This document shows positions 1-48,248 of a stretch of DNA of 64,000 bases, piece after piece. Position 1 is the stretch's first letter. Each line of letters starts with the position of its first letter. Made by a program: the position numbers and the translations under genes. This DNA comes from Amoebidium appalachense (lineage: Eukaryota > Protista > Ichthyosporea). The stretch spans positions 8,536,334 through 8,600,333 of the forward strand of contig CAVNZM010000005.1 of NCBI GenBank assembly GCA_963693365.1, in the 5' to 3' direction. The notes below the pieces were generated by a model. The model did no database searches. It had not been told where the DNA came from and saw nothing but the letters and a program-made list of their open reading frames with translations.

Positions 1-110
1 CCCCATCCAACCTCACCCCCCTCCTCCCCGCCCCTAGATTATCCTCGCTTCTCACAGCATATCATGCCCCCCCCCCCCCCCCTCCTGGCTCTCTTCCCCC
101 TCCACCTCGT

Positions 111-250
<140 letters not shown>

Positions 251-277
251 TTTTCTTCTTCTTTTTTCTGTGCACAG

Positions 278-23533
<23,256 letters not shown>

Positions 23534-24262
23534 GCTACGTTTTCTTTTTTCTTTTTTTTTTCTTTCTTTCTTTTTTTTTTTTTGTGGTGGTGGTGGTGGT
23601 GGTGGTTGGTTGGTTGGTTGGTTGTTTTTTTTGGGGGGGGGGGGGAGGGGGGAGGGGGAGGGGTCATGTTCATGCAACGGTATGTGGTTATTTACTTTGT
23701 TAAATATAAGTATATAAGCCACACCGTATTCTAGTGTGTAGTTTCGGTATTAGATTTCAGAGGCATAAATACTGTTTAGACACAGTGAAACGTCCCCGCA
23801 CGTACAGGAATTCGTATAGTAGCTGTGTATGTGGATCGTCATGTGCACGTATGTGCATACACTTACATCTATGTCAATGTAACATGAACATTTAAGTATA
23901 AAATGAATGAACCTCGGTAATAATCATACAAGCAAAGATGGTTACCATCACCACTATCAGGTCACTTTTGTGCTTGTGAACATGATAGTGTTAGCTTTGC
24001 CTTCGTAAAGGCGGGGGGGGGGGGGGGTATTTGTCGCTTGGCGCCCTGTAGGCTTTTTATGTTTTTAGCATCACCTAAATAAAAGACCCAGTTGAACTGA
24101 ATGCTGTGGGTATCCTCCCCCCTCCCCCCCCGGGGACCCCTCTCACGTACTTGCACACACGCACACATGCACACACGCGCGCGCGCACGGACACACACAC
24201 ACACACCGTCACACCTACTATGCACCCACCTGCCCCACTTGGCCACCTCACACACAAACCAT

Positions 24263-24305
<43 letters not shown>

Positions 24306-24580
24306 CGCACACACACACACCACATCCATACCACACATAAACACACACCCACACACCACATCCATACTCTCACACACGTGGCAAACACACTCAAATACAC
24401 CTGCCAATCCGAGTAAAAGGCTCCTCCCGAGTCCCTTTCCTCCCCCCATCCCTCCCAACCCGCACACACACACACACAACACACGCGTGTGTAGTACTGC
24501 GCCTACATGTGTACACAGCCACACACGGTGACAGGGCTCACCCCAAACACGATCGCGAATATACAGCTTCCAAACCCTCC

Positions 24581-24615
<35 letters not shown>

Positions 24616-24959
24616 CCTTCCTCCCTCCCGCCGCCCCCGCCCCCCCACCCCGGCCTTGGGGGCGGCTCCTAAGTCCAGGCCAGATCGCCGTTTCTAGACC
24701 TTATCATGATCATGATGAGGGCCCGCACAGCTAGTATTAGCTGCATAGCCTGCAGCGCTAAGCTCGGCCCGGAGTGGGCGCCACTATCACGCCAGTGTCC
24801 TGCTTGAAAAGTTTTGGGGGAAAAAAAAAAAACGGACAATGCCGCACATTTGCTATTCACACTTGCATTGCAGTAGAAAATCAGGATCAATAACGATCTG
24901 GGTGGTTGTACAGTCGATTCATTCCGGCCATGTGATCATGGCTGTGAGCATGGCATGTG

Positions 24960-25290
24960 AGCGGCACGTGCAGTGGGCGTACCGCGTCGGGGATCGAAGA
25001 AATTTGAATTTTCCGCCCGTCGTTGAGCCAATCATTACGTTTCACTGGTTCCAGTGTGACCAGATCCGCCAATACTTATCTTGATGCTCCCTAGTCGAAT
25101 GAAATCGCGGTATCCTTTTTTATTGTGAACTATATTTAGGTAGCTTAACCTTAATGTGAGTGGTGTTTTACACCCACAAGATCGATGATAGTGATTTCGG
25201 TTGGTAAGGCCAGCTTTTCATCGTTTTGATTGGGTCTTTATCAGTCCCTTTGAATTACCATCTGAATCTGGGTTCAGCATATAAATTTGC
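24960..25290 (+). promoter_or_regulatory. Putative promoter of the membrane-protein gene
   Basis: E-box CACGTG (~24965), two CCAAT boxes (~25028, ~25069) and TATAAA at 25280-25285, upstream of the ATG at 25463. Confidence 0.4.
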
Positions 25291-25462
25291 GGACGCACGC
25301 TCATAACGACATCAAACTCACTTTCCGCACTTCCCTAGAACAAGAACAACAGGGACAATAAAAAAGCCAAATCAACCATTCTTTTTCTTGTTTAACATCC
25401 ATCTTTCTGCACTTCCTCTTCCTCCTTCGCTTCTACAAAGCAATCACAGCACAAAACACAAA

Positions 25463-26110
25463 ATGGCAAACACAACCACTTACACCTTTGGACACTTCCG
25501 TCTTGCCCAGTTCTTCTTCGCTCTTGTCTCCCTTTTCACTCTCTGCACATCAACTCAAGCCCACGTTAAAAGAGCGGAAATCGAACCGTTTTTTGACGAC
25601 GTCAGCTATATTCCCGAGCAGACACCCCTTCCCAACCACGTTTTCGTTGAACCCACGGCCACCTTCATCTACACGTTCACCACCACCGAGAACCCCACAC
25701 GCACAAACGAGCCCAACCCTCTTCCCATCACCACAACCACCACAACCACTTCCTCCTCTTCCCTCACAACAACTCCACAAGGCGACCCCGCGAGCACAGA
25801 GGGCATTGCAACCACGGGTCGTTCAGGTTTGGATAACCGCTCAAACGTCCAAGCGAACAACAACACAAGCACGAACATAGGGATTACTTTTGCTGTGCTT
25901 GGTGCTGTTGCTGGTGCCTGTCTTGTTGCCGGTGCTGTTGTTGCCTACCACAGACGTGTTTTCACTTCCCCTCCAAGGGGAAACGCAAAGGTGGAAAACG
26001 CAATTGAAACGGCGAGTGTTGTGCACAGAAACAGCCAGTTTAGGCCGGCAACCACCACGTTTGAGAATCCTATTCATGTCATGGGAGCGGGTGAGGTGGT
26101 GCCTGAATGA
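25463..26110 (+). CDS. Intronless type I membrane protein (215 aa): signal peptide, Thr/Ser/Pro-rich mucin-like stalk, one TM helix, short tail
   Basis: Clean non-microsatellite ORF with ATG at 25463 in an A-rich context. Hydrophobic N-terminus (FFFALVSLFTLC) followed by KR, a Thr-rich tract, TM segment IGITFAVLGAVAGACLVAGAVVAY, stop-transfer HRR, and a tail containing FENPIH. Confidence 0.8.
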   Translation: MANTTTYTFGHFRLAQFFFALVSLFTLCTSTQAHVKRAEIEPFFDDVSYIPEQTPLPNHVFVEPTATFIYTFTTTENPTRTNEPNPLPITTTTTTTSSSSLTTTPQGDPASTEGIATTGRSGLDNRSNVQANNNTSTNIGITFAVLGAVAGACLVAGAVVAYHRRVFTSPPRGNAKVENAIETASVVHRNSQFRPATTTFENPIHVMGAGEVVPE

Positions 26111-27043
26111 AACGAAAAGAGAAAAGAAAGACTTCTTGCACGAACGAACGTTTGATGCGTATGTATATGTAGGCAATTGCAATCTAAATCCCCGTAAATG
26201 TGGAAACGTGCTTCGAAGAAATCGTGTAAGCTGCTTTACAAGACCAAACGCGTCTGCGTGACTATCTACTCTTTCTGCACATTGCTTAGTAGAATTTTGA
26301 CCAGCTACGATACACTTGTGGACAGAACCAAAGAAACAGTTGCAAGTTGAACATAAAATATACAGTATGTGTATACTTAGCTAATATTGCAGCAAGATAT
26401 CTCTTTATGTGAAGTATTTATGAACGTGTTATGACCTCAGGACATTGCAAAGTGAATTTGTTTTAAAGTTGAACAGAACTGCCAGGCAAATACAGCATGT
26501 TACTTCCGATAATATGGCTTGGTGTTCCCGTGGAACCTGGTTTCTTTCCTACTGTGTTTCTTTAGAAAAGCTTCGACCTGGGAATGTAATGGACCGAATT
26601 GGATAACGGAAATGATATGTGTATAAGCTGCTGAAACAAATTCAGTGACTTGGCACAGGCTGCATCGAGTGATAAGTCTAACCTGGATAATTCTAAAAAG
26701 TTTGAAACCAGAAACTAATCAGATGATAGAATGAATCATGCTGGCCCACACACACGTCCCTACACCTGCGATCGTGTTGCCAACGATACCTTTAACTTGC
26801 ATGCATTACTGAAAACAGGTAATTTGAAAGCGTATTTAGATTTGAAACTGAATGACCACCCCATCCCCCCCCCCCCCCCCCGTCCGTCTCCAAATCCCAG
26901 CGTTACTCCATCCATGCAGACTGTTTTCATTCAGTGCCCAGTTTCATCTTTGCTCCCAATGGCATCCCATCAGATCTGCTTCTCAAGGTTCAAAGTTTCG
27001 GAGTAACTGCGATGCCATGCAACTGCTTCCCCCCCCCCCCCCC

Positions 27044-27074
<31 letters not shown>

Positions 27075-27113
27075 TTTCCCCCCCTTTCCCCCCCTCCCCC
27101 CCCCCCCCCCCCC

Positions 27114-27150
<37 letters not shown>

Positions 27151-27154
27151 AACG

Positions 27155-27199
<45 letters not shown>

Positions 27200-27465
27200 A
27201 TCCGGACCCCATTCATATGCAACTCGCCTCCAATTTGCCCTTTGTAACCACCACTGTCTACGGCAAACATTTTCCCAAACACAATTAACGAGTGTGATGT
27301 GCACGCACACATTCACCCTTACCCGGTTCGGCCTACCGCCCATGTGCACACAGTGTCGCACACGTGTTACTGTAACAGTAGTACTACTCACATACACGCG
27401 CACTTGCGCGCATGCAACAACTTCATAACTTGAGCATACACATATACAGGTATTCGTATCAACCC

Positions 27466-27496
<31 letters not shown>

Positions 27497-27676
27497 AAAA
27501 TAAAATAAAATAAAATAAACAAAAATACTGGCAACACTTTGGCAATGTACACCACCATCATAGCAAAACACATGCATGTACGGTGCACACACAAATTTTT
27601 TTCATCTCGTCACGCAAAACTCGGGTCTCTTGAAACAAACCCTCTTCACCTCCTCCTTCCCTCTCTTCTCAGGCTG

Positions 27677-27730
<54 letters not shown>

Positions 27731-29076
27731 CTCCCCCCTCCCCCTCCTTTAGGATTGCCCTTCAGATCACCTCACCACCAAATTCTCCACTATGCATTCG
27801 GAATCTGCTCCTCCCCTCCCCCCCCCCCCCCCCCCCCCCCCCCACCCACCCACACACACACACACAACACACACACAGACACACTTAATAAAAAAAAAAA
27901 AGAAAGAAAGAAAGAAACGTGGAATTTGCCAGGAAGGTCTGTTACACAAGTTGTTCCAGGCACCCATGGTGCACACGTGCAGTTGGGCCACCATTGCATG
28001 CAGGACCATGCATATGCTTGGAGTGAGTGCACATGTGTGTGTGTGAGCGGATATCATTTTGGTGTATGGCTTTGTGTCAATGCACATGTGCACAGTGATA
28101 GTGGCATTTCGGACTGGTTGAGTTTGTAGCGGTGATCATTCCCCTGAAAAGCGCTTTTTTGGTCGTGAAATTTATATTTCCTGAAAGCTTAATTATAATT
28201 TTTACTATACTGTTTTGTAATAATGATAGTCCTGCAGGCAACGCTGCAGCCAAAAAAGTTTTGCCGGCAAGGTGACAAAACTAACCTTTTATGGTTTGCC
28301 ACCTGCCAAAAATGGCGCGTAAATATTTGGCTAATTTTGATTGGGTGCCACCTTCCATCATGCTGGTGTGGGTACTTGCGTGTGTGTGTGTGTATAAGAT
28401 GAATGCACACTTGCTTGGGTGTGCGAATACGCGTACCACGTGTGCGTGTAACATGATGGCCTCATACCAGCGAGTGCATATATACTCTGCGTTCATTTAA
28501 ACCTGGATCCCGGACCAGAGTGAATGTGGTACGTCTAAGCTTCGCAATCGGTGAGAAAACCCTTAACTCGGGTAGGAAAAACGAATGAATTTACACGGGA
28601 CGAAGAATCTCCGGTTTGGGTCACTAAGATCGATTCGCGACAGCCACAATTTCGGAATTCAAATTTTATTACATGATCTCTTTGATGCCAATGCCACACG
28701 ACATTGAGATTTCGCAGCCATTTCACGACTCGGAGGTCAAAAAACGGGCTCTGGTTGGTTCAGACCAAAGCAGTTATAATTTCAAGCAACTGATGCACCA
28801 CCATTATATATGCCTAGCCGTGGTTAAATGCATTTTTTGAAAAATACGGATTAGGCAGCGGTGGTAAAACCGTGGAGTCTTCATACGGAAATTCAGTTAT
28901 TATTATTCTACTGTAACACTAAGATAGCATTCTCACCCATAACACGAAACATGTGTGTTTTGTATGCTATGTAAAAGACCCCTATGCCATATTTGGAGAG
29001 ATCTTGGTTTGGTATAAAGCGAGAGCTTTTTGCCTGCAGTTGTAGAGGTGTGCGTGCTCGAATCTATTTGCGTGTT

Positions 29077-29155
<79 letters not shown>

Positions 29156-29496
29156 CAATCTTTAACGAAGGTCCCAACTCTCTCTAAGGGAGGAAATCGA
29201 GAATACGCAGGGAGGTTATTGGCTCACCAAACTACAAAATAAAACATAAGGGGGACAGCAAATCATTCGGAAACCATAGACATAAATTCTGAGTTCATCC
29301 GAAAATACAGGCGATTTGTACCACACAGCCCAACCTTTACAATTATGGCGAGACTTCTGATCATACTGTTACAAAACACAGGCCTATTTAGGCCCCACTA
29401 GATATCCAGAGTGAGCATACGGAGATGTTTGCCATTACCTCTTTTCTCTTGCTTTCTTTCTTTTCCATACTGTTCAAAGCCATACGGAGAGAGAGG

Positions 29497-29535
<39 letters not shown>

Positions 29536-29593
29536 GGAGAGGGAGAGAATGGGGGGAGAGGGAGGGAATAGAGAGAGGGGGGGGAGAGAGAGG

Positions 29594-29628
<35 letters not shown>

Positions 29629-29802
29629 GGGGGATCACATTGGCCTTGGGTGGACCGGCAGACACCAACAAGGAGAGAAGGAAAGGGGGGGGGGGGGGGG
29701 GGAGGCCCATAGGGTGAGGTTGGCATAGACCACAAACAGTGAGAAGACACGGTGTGTCTTTAAGCATCCCGGCCCTTAAAGCACACCCCTTTGAGTGCAT
29801 GC

Positions 29803-40892
<11,090 letters not shown>

Positions 40893-42498
40893 TCTCGCTT
40901 CTTGGTCTTAGCGAGGAACACTGTCGGTGGGGATTTGTGCTTAATTCCTGGCCACCCATTAACGTGGTTGGATCATGCACTTATCCAGAAGAACACTCGG
41001 CTCTTTACTTCACTTTGCTGGAACGGTGGTCAACACGCGCAAGATCAAGTGTTCCAGCCGGATGTGTCACGAAGATGTAAGTTAAGATGTTGGCAACCTG
41101 CACTGCAAAAAAGGTAAGTGGTTGCCAGAGCAAAGATGCGTGATGTAGATTTGACTGCTCAAAAGAGTGAAAAATGGTGTTGGGAGAAAACAAATGCCGT
41201 TCGCAGGGATAATTGCATTGTCGAAATCCTTCCCAAGCTCACGCCATCCCCCTTTCCTTCCTTCTCAAGCAAGGTGTATCGCAAGTGATGAGCTAAAAGC
41301 AACTAACTGAAACGTGGGGGTGGGCACCACGGGGGGTGGGTGGGGGTGGGGCTAAGAGGGGAGGGAGGGAGGGGGGGGGGGGGGGGGGAGAACGAAAAGG
41401 TTTGAGCGTAAAGGGGATGCAGCCGGGGCGGGCGGAGAGGAGGGGGTGGGGGGCTGGCATGGGGTGGAGAGGATTTATCTATCCCGTCTCGCCATGCCAA
41501 GGGATGTTATGGGCAAGTAAACCGGTGCTCCCCAGTGAATGAAATGTTGTTTACACGTGCGGCCGGCTCTCAGACTTACTTGAGCTCGGAAACTATTCAC
41601 ATAAGTAGTTCTCACGTACGTATAAGCAGCAAAGAAGCACTAAAGATTAGACGTAAACAGTCACACAAATGGATCCCAACTTGGAGCTACTTAGAGCCGT
41701 GATTGCGATCTACCTATTTCTTTGTATCTTGTGGGATCCTTTTTCCAGCAGCAACTTTATAGAATATAGCGTTGTAAAAATGATATAGCATTACACCGGC
41801 ATAACGAAGTCAAATCACTATAGTAGTAAAAGCTATCGATAAATCCCTCTACATAATCATGCATACTGTACACGACTACAACTTCGCTGTTTTGGACTTC
41901 ACGCTGAAAGTGGCGGGCTTTACGAGCCAATCGGCGGATTGAGCCGGCTTTAGGCGAACCAATAGGAGTCTGTCTACCTTACGTAAGGTGGTGCGCACCT
42001 GAAAATCATTTTGCAGGCCCATGATATCTCGGTCACAATCGCATGTTCAAGTGAGTTTTATCAAGGCTTCGTTTCCCTTCCGTTTGGTATCTGGAGACCT
42101 TAAGCTAATGAGAAAGGAAGTATTATAATGCTGAAGCATTTAGACATATTCGCTTAATAAGAACTTTTTTTTTACAGCGCACAGGAATATAGCCAGCCCC
42201 CCCTCCCCCTCCCCCCCCCCCCCCCCCCCCCCCCCCCACCCACACACACCCACCCACCCGCCCACCCCCCGGGCTATCTTTTTTCAGATTCCTATCCTTG
42301 TTAGCCACTAAAATCTAGCCTTCAAATCGTGTTTTATAGTGAAGGATCTTAATCCTGCATGACCCCTGTAAGGCTATCTATCCATGATACGTGTTGGTGA
42401 TGTACTGTGGTGACATAGCCTGTCACCCCGGCATAGCCCCCCCCCCCCCCCCCCCTCCCCCCCCCCTTCCTCCCCCTCTCCCCACCGGGACGACAGCA

Positions 42499-42840
42499 TT
42501 GCGGAGGGGCGTCTGCGGAGGGGTCATTTTTTACCCCTCCGCAAAGTCACCCCCTCCGCGCACTTGCGGAGGGGTGCGGAGGGGTTTTCATGAACTTGCG
42601 GAGGGGTTTGACGGTTTTGCGGAGGGGTAAAAGTTAGGTTGCGGAGGGGTTTTCTTACTTTGCGGAGGGGTGGACCCCTCTGCACCCCAGAAGTTACCCC
42701 CTCGGCACACCCCCATCGATAGTGCAATCCTCCGCGAGTGTCAGAATTCACGAAGCAGAGGGGTTTCAAGGAAGGGTGCCAAAAAAAACGACTCTGCGGA
42801 GGGGTTCAAAAATATATGGAAAGTCCACTGCAGAGGGGTG

Positions 42841-42878
<38 letters not shown>

Positions 42879-43864
42879 CCCCCCCCCCCCCCCCCCGCCC
42901 CCGGAGCCGGGCCCGGCCAGTCACGCGCATGATGTGAACTATAGGCATTGTTCTTTACGCAAAAAGGTAAATATTTTTATAATGTGTAGGAGTATAAGTG
43001 CCTGAAAAATTAGAGGTCCTGAAGCTATTAATTACTGAGAAGGTTATTTATTATATTTGAATGAAAAACTAAGCTACTTCGAAGCAAGTTGCGCGCCCGT
43101 GCGCCTACGAAATATCTTGTCGCTAAGGTATGTCGATTTTATATTGTAGGGTATTATGATTGGCGCGATTTGAGATATAGAATTATAACCAATCAGACAT
43201 GTTCTTAAGTCAATCGTTATTGGATACATGTCACGACAGATTGATGCCGGTATGGAATGACATACCGGCACATGTGCGGCCACGTGATTCATCACTTATT
43301 GTAGGCTGTGTTTCGCTTTCTAAATGCCGGTCGGTGTGACACACCTCTATCAAGGATTTTTAAAATTAATTGAACGTTGAACGCAAAAACGCTCCTTAAA
43401 AAAAGAAAACTAACACCAAATACTTCAATATTTGGCTGCATACTTCCGGAGATCTGTGTAGATCTAGTTCGGCGGCACCACGTGTGCAAGTGGCACGGCC
43501 ACCGACCGGCGCCGCTGCGCAGTAGACTACACGTGCACAGTGCCCCCCCCCCCCCCTCCTCCTCCTCCTCCCCGGAGGCACCCCTCTTCCCCTCAAAAGT
43601 TGCCCCTCCGCAGTGCAACATTTTCGTCCCGCCCCTCTGCTCACCCCTCTGCAAGGTCTTTTTTGGCACACGCAGAGGGGTGTGCGGAGGGGTTTTTATA
43701 GCTTTGCGGAGGGTGTCCCCTCCGCAACCCCTCCGCAAAGCTGTAAAAACCCCTCCGCACCCTTCCGCGAAGTCATAAAACCCCTCCAAATGTCGTTTTC
43801 TCGGCGCGGAGGGGTGACTTTGCGGAGGGGTGAATTTGACCCCTCCGCAGACGCCCCTCCGCAA
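42499..43864. mobile_element. Foldback/MITE-like non-autonomous element with long inverted arms made of GCGGAGGGG motifs
   Basis: 42499-42560 is almost the exact reverse complement of 43805-43864. Similarity continues through arms ~42499-42840 and ~43602-43864. No transposase ORF in the middle. Confidence 0.7.
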
Positions 43865-45715
43865 AGTGCGCCACCCCTCCCCGCCCCCCCCCCCTTTGCC
43901 CCTGTGGCCGCTCACTCGTTCGAGGTTACAGCACGATGGCCCCCGCAGTATTCTCCTCCTCCCCCCTTCCCCCCCCCCCCCCCCCCTCCGCCTTCCATCC
44001 CCCTTTCCCCCTACTCCCCCACCCTGACTTGTTTTTTCCCACAGTGTCACGACCCGGCCATTTCCCTAAGAACCGGCCATTCAAGTGAATCAATCAGATA
44101 CTGGTACGGGAATCGTGAGTTGTGACTGACCACTGAAGTGCTCCACCACCAAGCTTGTATACATGAGCAAGCACAAAGTGACACGCAGGCACACATAATA
44201 GGTACACACACAACATTCACGAACGCGCGCGCACGCACACACGTTGTGCATGCGCATGCGCCGCATGCAAGACGTTCAGTGCATACATACACATCTACAG
44301 TACACTTAACGGACATGCAGATACACTCGTACACATTGCCATGCACCCAAGAAAACCACACACACATTTAGAGTGTTACACTTGGAGTCCCTGAGGCTGA
44401 AGTTTGAGGGAGAAAGGAAGACAGAACTCAGTAAATCAAATGTGACACGCGCACGCACACACGGGGCGCAAAGACACACCCATGCAAGCTTGACCCTCGA
44501 ACACATGTTGTCCCCTACCACCGTGGCACACACACACACACACCGTGATACACCCACACCCACCCACCTACACTCACACACACACAAACACACACAGTAA
44601 TATACAACAATGACCGAGTTTGGATATACGGGTTGTTATATTGTAATTACAGTCAGGGCTTCAATGGCAGAGCTACCTATTTTTCCTGACAGGCTCATGG
44701 TGAGTCCTCCTCCCCGACATCAACCCCCCCCCCCCCCCACCCCCCCCCCCCCCCCCCTCCCCCCCCCCCCCCCCCCCCCCGCCCCTCCCCCCACTCACAA
44801 CCACCACCCCCCGTCCCTCCCCCCCCCATGGCCCCTCTCCCTCCCTCCCTTCCCCTGCCACTAGTAATAATTGCTGTAAGCTCCTCCTTCCCCAAATCTT
44901 GCATATCGATGTTGCCATTTTTTGAGCTGATAATATCATGGTGCCCAAACAGCCGCCCCTCCCCTTGGCATCCCCCCCCCCGACCTCTCCCCTCCCCTTC
45001 TCACTGCGCCAACCGAGTCTCCCCCCCCCCTCCCCCCCCCCCTCCTTCCCTCCCTCCCTCCCCCCTCCCTCTCTTCCCCCCCCCTCCCCCCCCCCTCCCC
45101 CCCTTCCCCCCACCCCGTCCGGGCCTCTTCTCCGCCCCCTCTCCCCTCCCTCCCCCCTCCCCTTCCCCTCCACCTGCCCCCCGAAAAAAAAATAAAAATA
45201 CAAAATGAAAATGAAAAGAATAACACTGAATAAAGAGAAAAAAATGGTGGATCAACACAAACAAGCAAACATCTATGAATAGCTATTAATTTAGCAAGCC
45301 TTAATGCCGTTTACGGTGATAACAATAACTCTTCTCCACAACTCTTCTCTCCACCCCCCCCCCCTCTCTCTTTTCCTGGGCCCCTTGCCCAGTGGCACCC
45401 ACTTTCACCCACTTTCCTTGCATCAAACACATCACAAATGCTGCCGCATAATAACAAATGTGATGAGGGGAGTATTTTGTGCGTGATGTTAAAAACTACA
45501 AGGGAGGCTGCTGGTACACGTTCAACCTGTGCCGGATGTCTTCTAGCATATAAACGTAGCAGATAAACCAAAAAATGGTGGGAAACACGTAATTGATGTA
45601 ACGACAGTGAAATGCATGGGTTCCGCATTGTTTTAATGCAAGACCTGCAGGTAGATCTAGACAGCAGAATGAAACTGTCCATCATAACTTTGTAACTGCT
45701 GGCGTTGTCCACAAT

Positions 45716-45746
<31 letters not shown>

Positions 45747-46935
45747 AACCCCCCTCCACACACACCACTCCCCTACCCACCCCTTGCTTCCATCCTTCCC
45801 TTGCCCCCCCCCCCCCCCCCCCCCCCCCAACTGCCGATCCCTGCCTCTAGATCTGAATCACCATGTTTTGATATGTGTACATATTTACGTGCGTGCCACG
45901 ACACACTGACTGTTGTTCGAGATGGCCTTGCACACAGGGCACACACGCATACACAAACCGAAACACACACCCACACTGCAACGCACACAGACATCCACAC
46001 CCATCCACCCGCACCACCCACCCACCAACCCACACACATGCAGTGGAGTGTACCAGAACCTTGAGTCCTTCACAAGACCACTCGCTTGTAAATAACTCGC
46101 CAAAACGACTTCGACACTTTGGCTCTGTAGGTAAGGGTAACAGCTTGGTTTCGGCTATTCAACAGCGGTTGTCTTCATGATGTGATTGCACAACATCTCC
46201 GCATGTTTAATCAACACACAACAAAATGTGCGCGGCTAGATGGGTCCCATATATCGATCGTCCACCGGCAACCAGAGGCTCAGTCTGCCCAGATGCTTGA
46301 CCCAGATTGCGATAAGTGATGTTAATCACCCGACCCTAATCGCACACAAGGCCTACAGTACCTCAAAGTACACACCTATCCAATCTCTAAGAGTCATTAA
46401 GTCGTTCAACTCTCTTGTTCTCTGTTTTGCCCCCCAACCATCTCCCCTCCCCCCTCCCAAAAAAAAGATTTGACCATAACCTCACTCCTGAGCTCACCTA
46501 CCACCACCACCACATCACCCTTCCGCCTCCACCCCTCCACCCCCTCTCCCCCTCTTCCCCCTGCCCCCCGCCCCCCCCTCCCCCCCTCCCCCCCCTGCGC
46601 ACCACAACCGCCACACACCCATGACACTTACAGGTGTCATCTTCCTCTTCTTAGAGATGCTCCTTTCCCATCTATCACCCCCTCTCCCTCCCCCTTCCAA
46701 CCTCCCTCCCCCTTCCTCTCCTTTTGTGGCCACCCCCCCTTCCCCGCCCCCAATTTTGGAGGCGTGTGTGCAGGCGATGTGGGAGGGCGTGCGGAGGACG
46801 GGAAGAGGAGGGGGGGGGGGGGGGGGGGGATGAGGAAGAAAAGGGGTGGGTTTCTTTGTTAGGGGTGGGAGGGGGATGAGGGTGGGGGAAACTAACGCCT
46901 GCAGAGTTTCCTGGGAGTGTTGGGAGAAGAAAGGT

Positions 46936-46984
<49 letters not shown>

Positions 46985-48180
46985 GGGGGGGTGTTACGGG
47001 TAAGTGCACACTTTCTGCATGTGCTCATTTTTGCAAAAAGGCACCAGGCAAGTGCCATCAAAGCTGGTGTTGGATTATGTGTGCTAAACCTTGCCGTTTT
47101 TGCCCTTCTCCGTGGAAAGGATAAGGCTTCCTCGGCTCAAAGCCGGACAAGTTGGTTTTACTTGGTTCGAAGTTCATTCGGAGTCCGTTTAGATGCGCAC
47201 ACACGTCGCACGAAACGTATTAACCAATACAGGCTGCTGCCTCAACTGCTTGTTCTATATTACTATGCCATTATCTTTTCCCTTTTCCTCTCGCCTCCTT
47301 CCGGGCCACCTCCTGTTTACTGGCTATTCATTCAGTGCACCCCTTTATGTTTTGTGTGCCCACGGCACTCAGAAAAATATTTATGCTGGGTTCTGGAATG
47401 GAAAGTTATTTGCTGTGCTCGCCGACGAACCAATAAGATGGGCCCCTCGGAGGGGGGCAAAGCGGCATGGGGTACGCAGATTGCCTGTGCCGAGCCGCCA
47501 GCGCCGCCAGCGAGACACATGCACCGCGCGCGAGGGACCAAAAAAAAAAAAAAAAAAAAAAAAACTCGAAGCGAAACATGCTCGTTTGAGAACGCATGTA
47601 TTGTAATAATTTTTAGTAGGTTAGATATATCTAGCTTCGAGGTAGAAGTAGAGAAATAGCCACAGAAGCATACAGCTTTAAGCACCTTCATGTATGCAAC
47701 TTCCTCTGGGGGATTCAGTTTAGTCTTTTGAGAGAAAAAGGCCTAGCCAGTGATGGGAGCTGGAAACGAGTTATGCACTTGCGAAACGGAGCAAAGGCAG
47801 TTAAACGGAGCGTGGCAAAAGTACTCTCCTCCCCCGGCACACAAGTAGAACAATAGCTCTTTTTAGACATTAGTACTAGAAGTAACACCAGCGTAGTTTT
47901 TGCCGTTGTTTACGCTGAAGAGCTGCCTGGAATCAGAGGTGCCCACTCTTGGGCAGGGCACCTGAACAGAAATTTTCTTTGTCTGCATGTTTTGTAGACG
48001 TAAGGAAATTTACACAAGGAGTGTTCCTGTGGAGGGGGGTAATAGCTTTAGGGCAAAGCTTTTGGACGGCCGCTATGCCGGCCAACCGTTCAGCTTGGCT
48101 TCAGCACCGCCGCCAAGTCTGTTGGTAGCCAACTGTGAGGTGGGTGTGTGCTTGTGCATGTGTGTGTGTGTGCGTGTATG

Positions 48181-48248
<68 letters not shown>

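Noticed and set aside
29388-29800. Extra 3' exons of ADA3
   Set aside because: The reading frame stops at TAG 29803-29805, at the position expected from Ada3 homologs.
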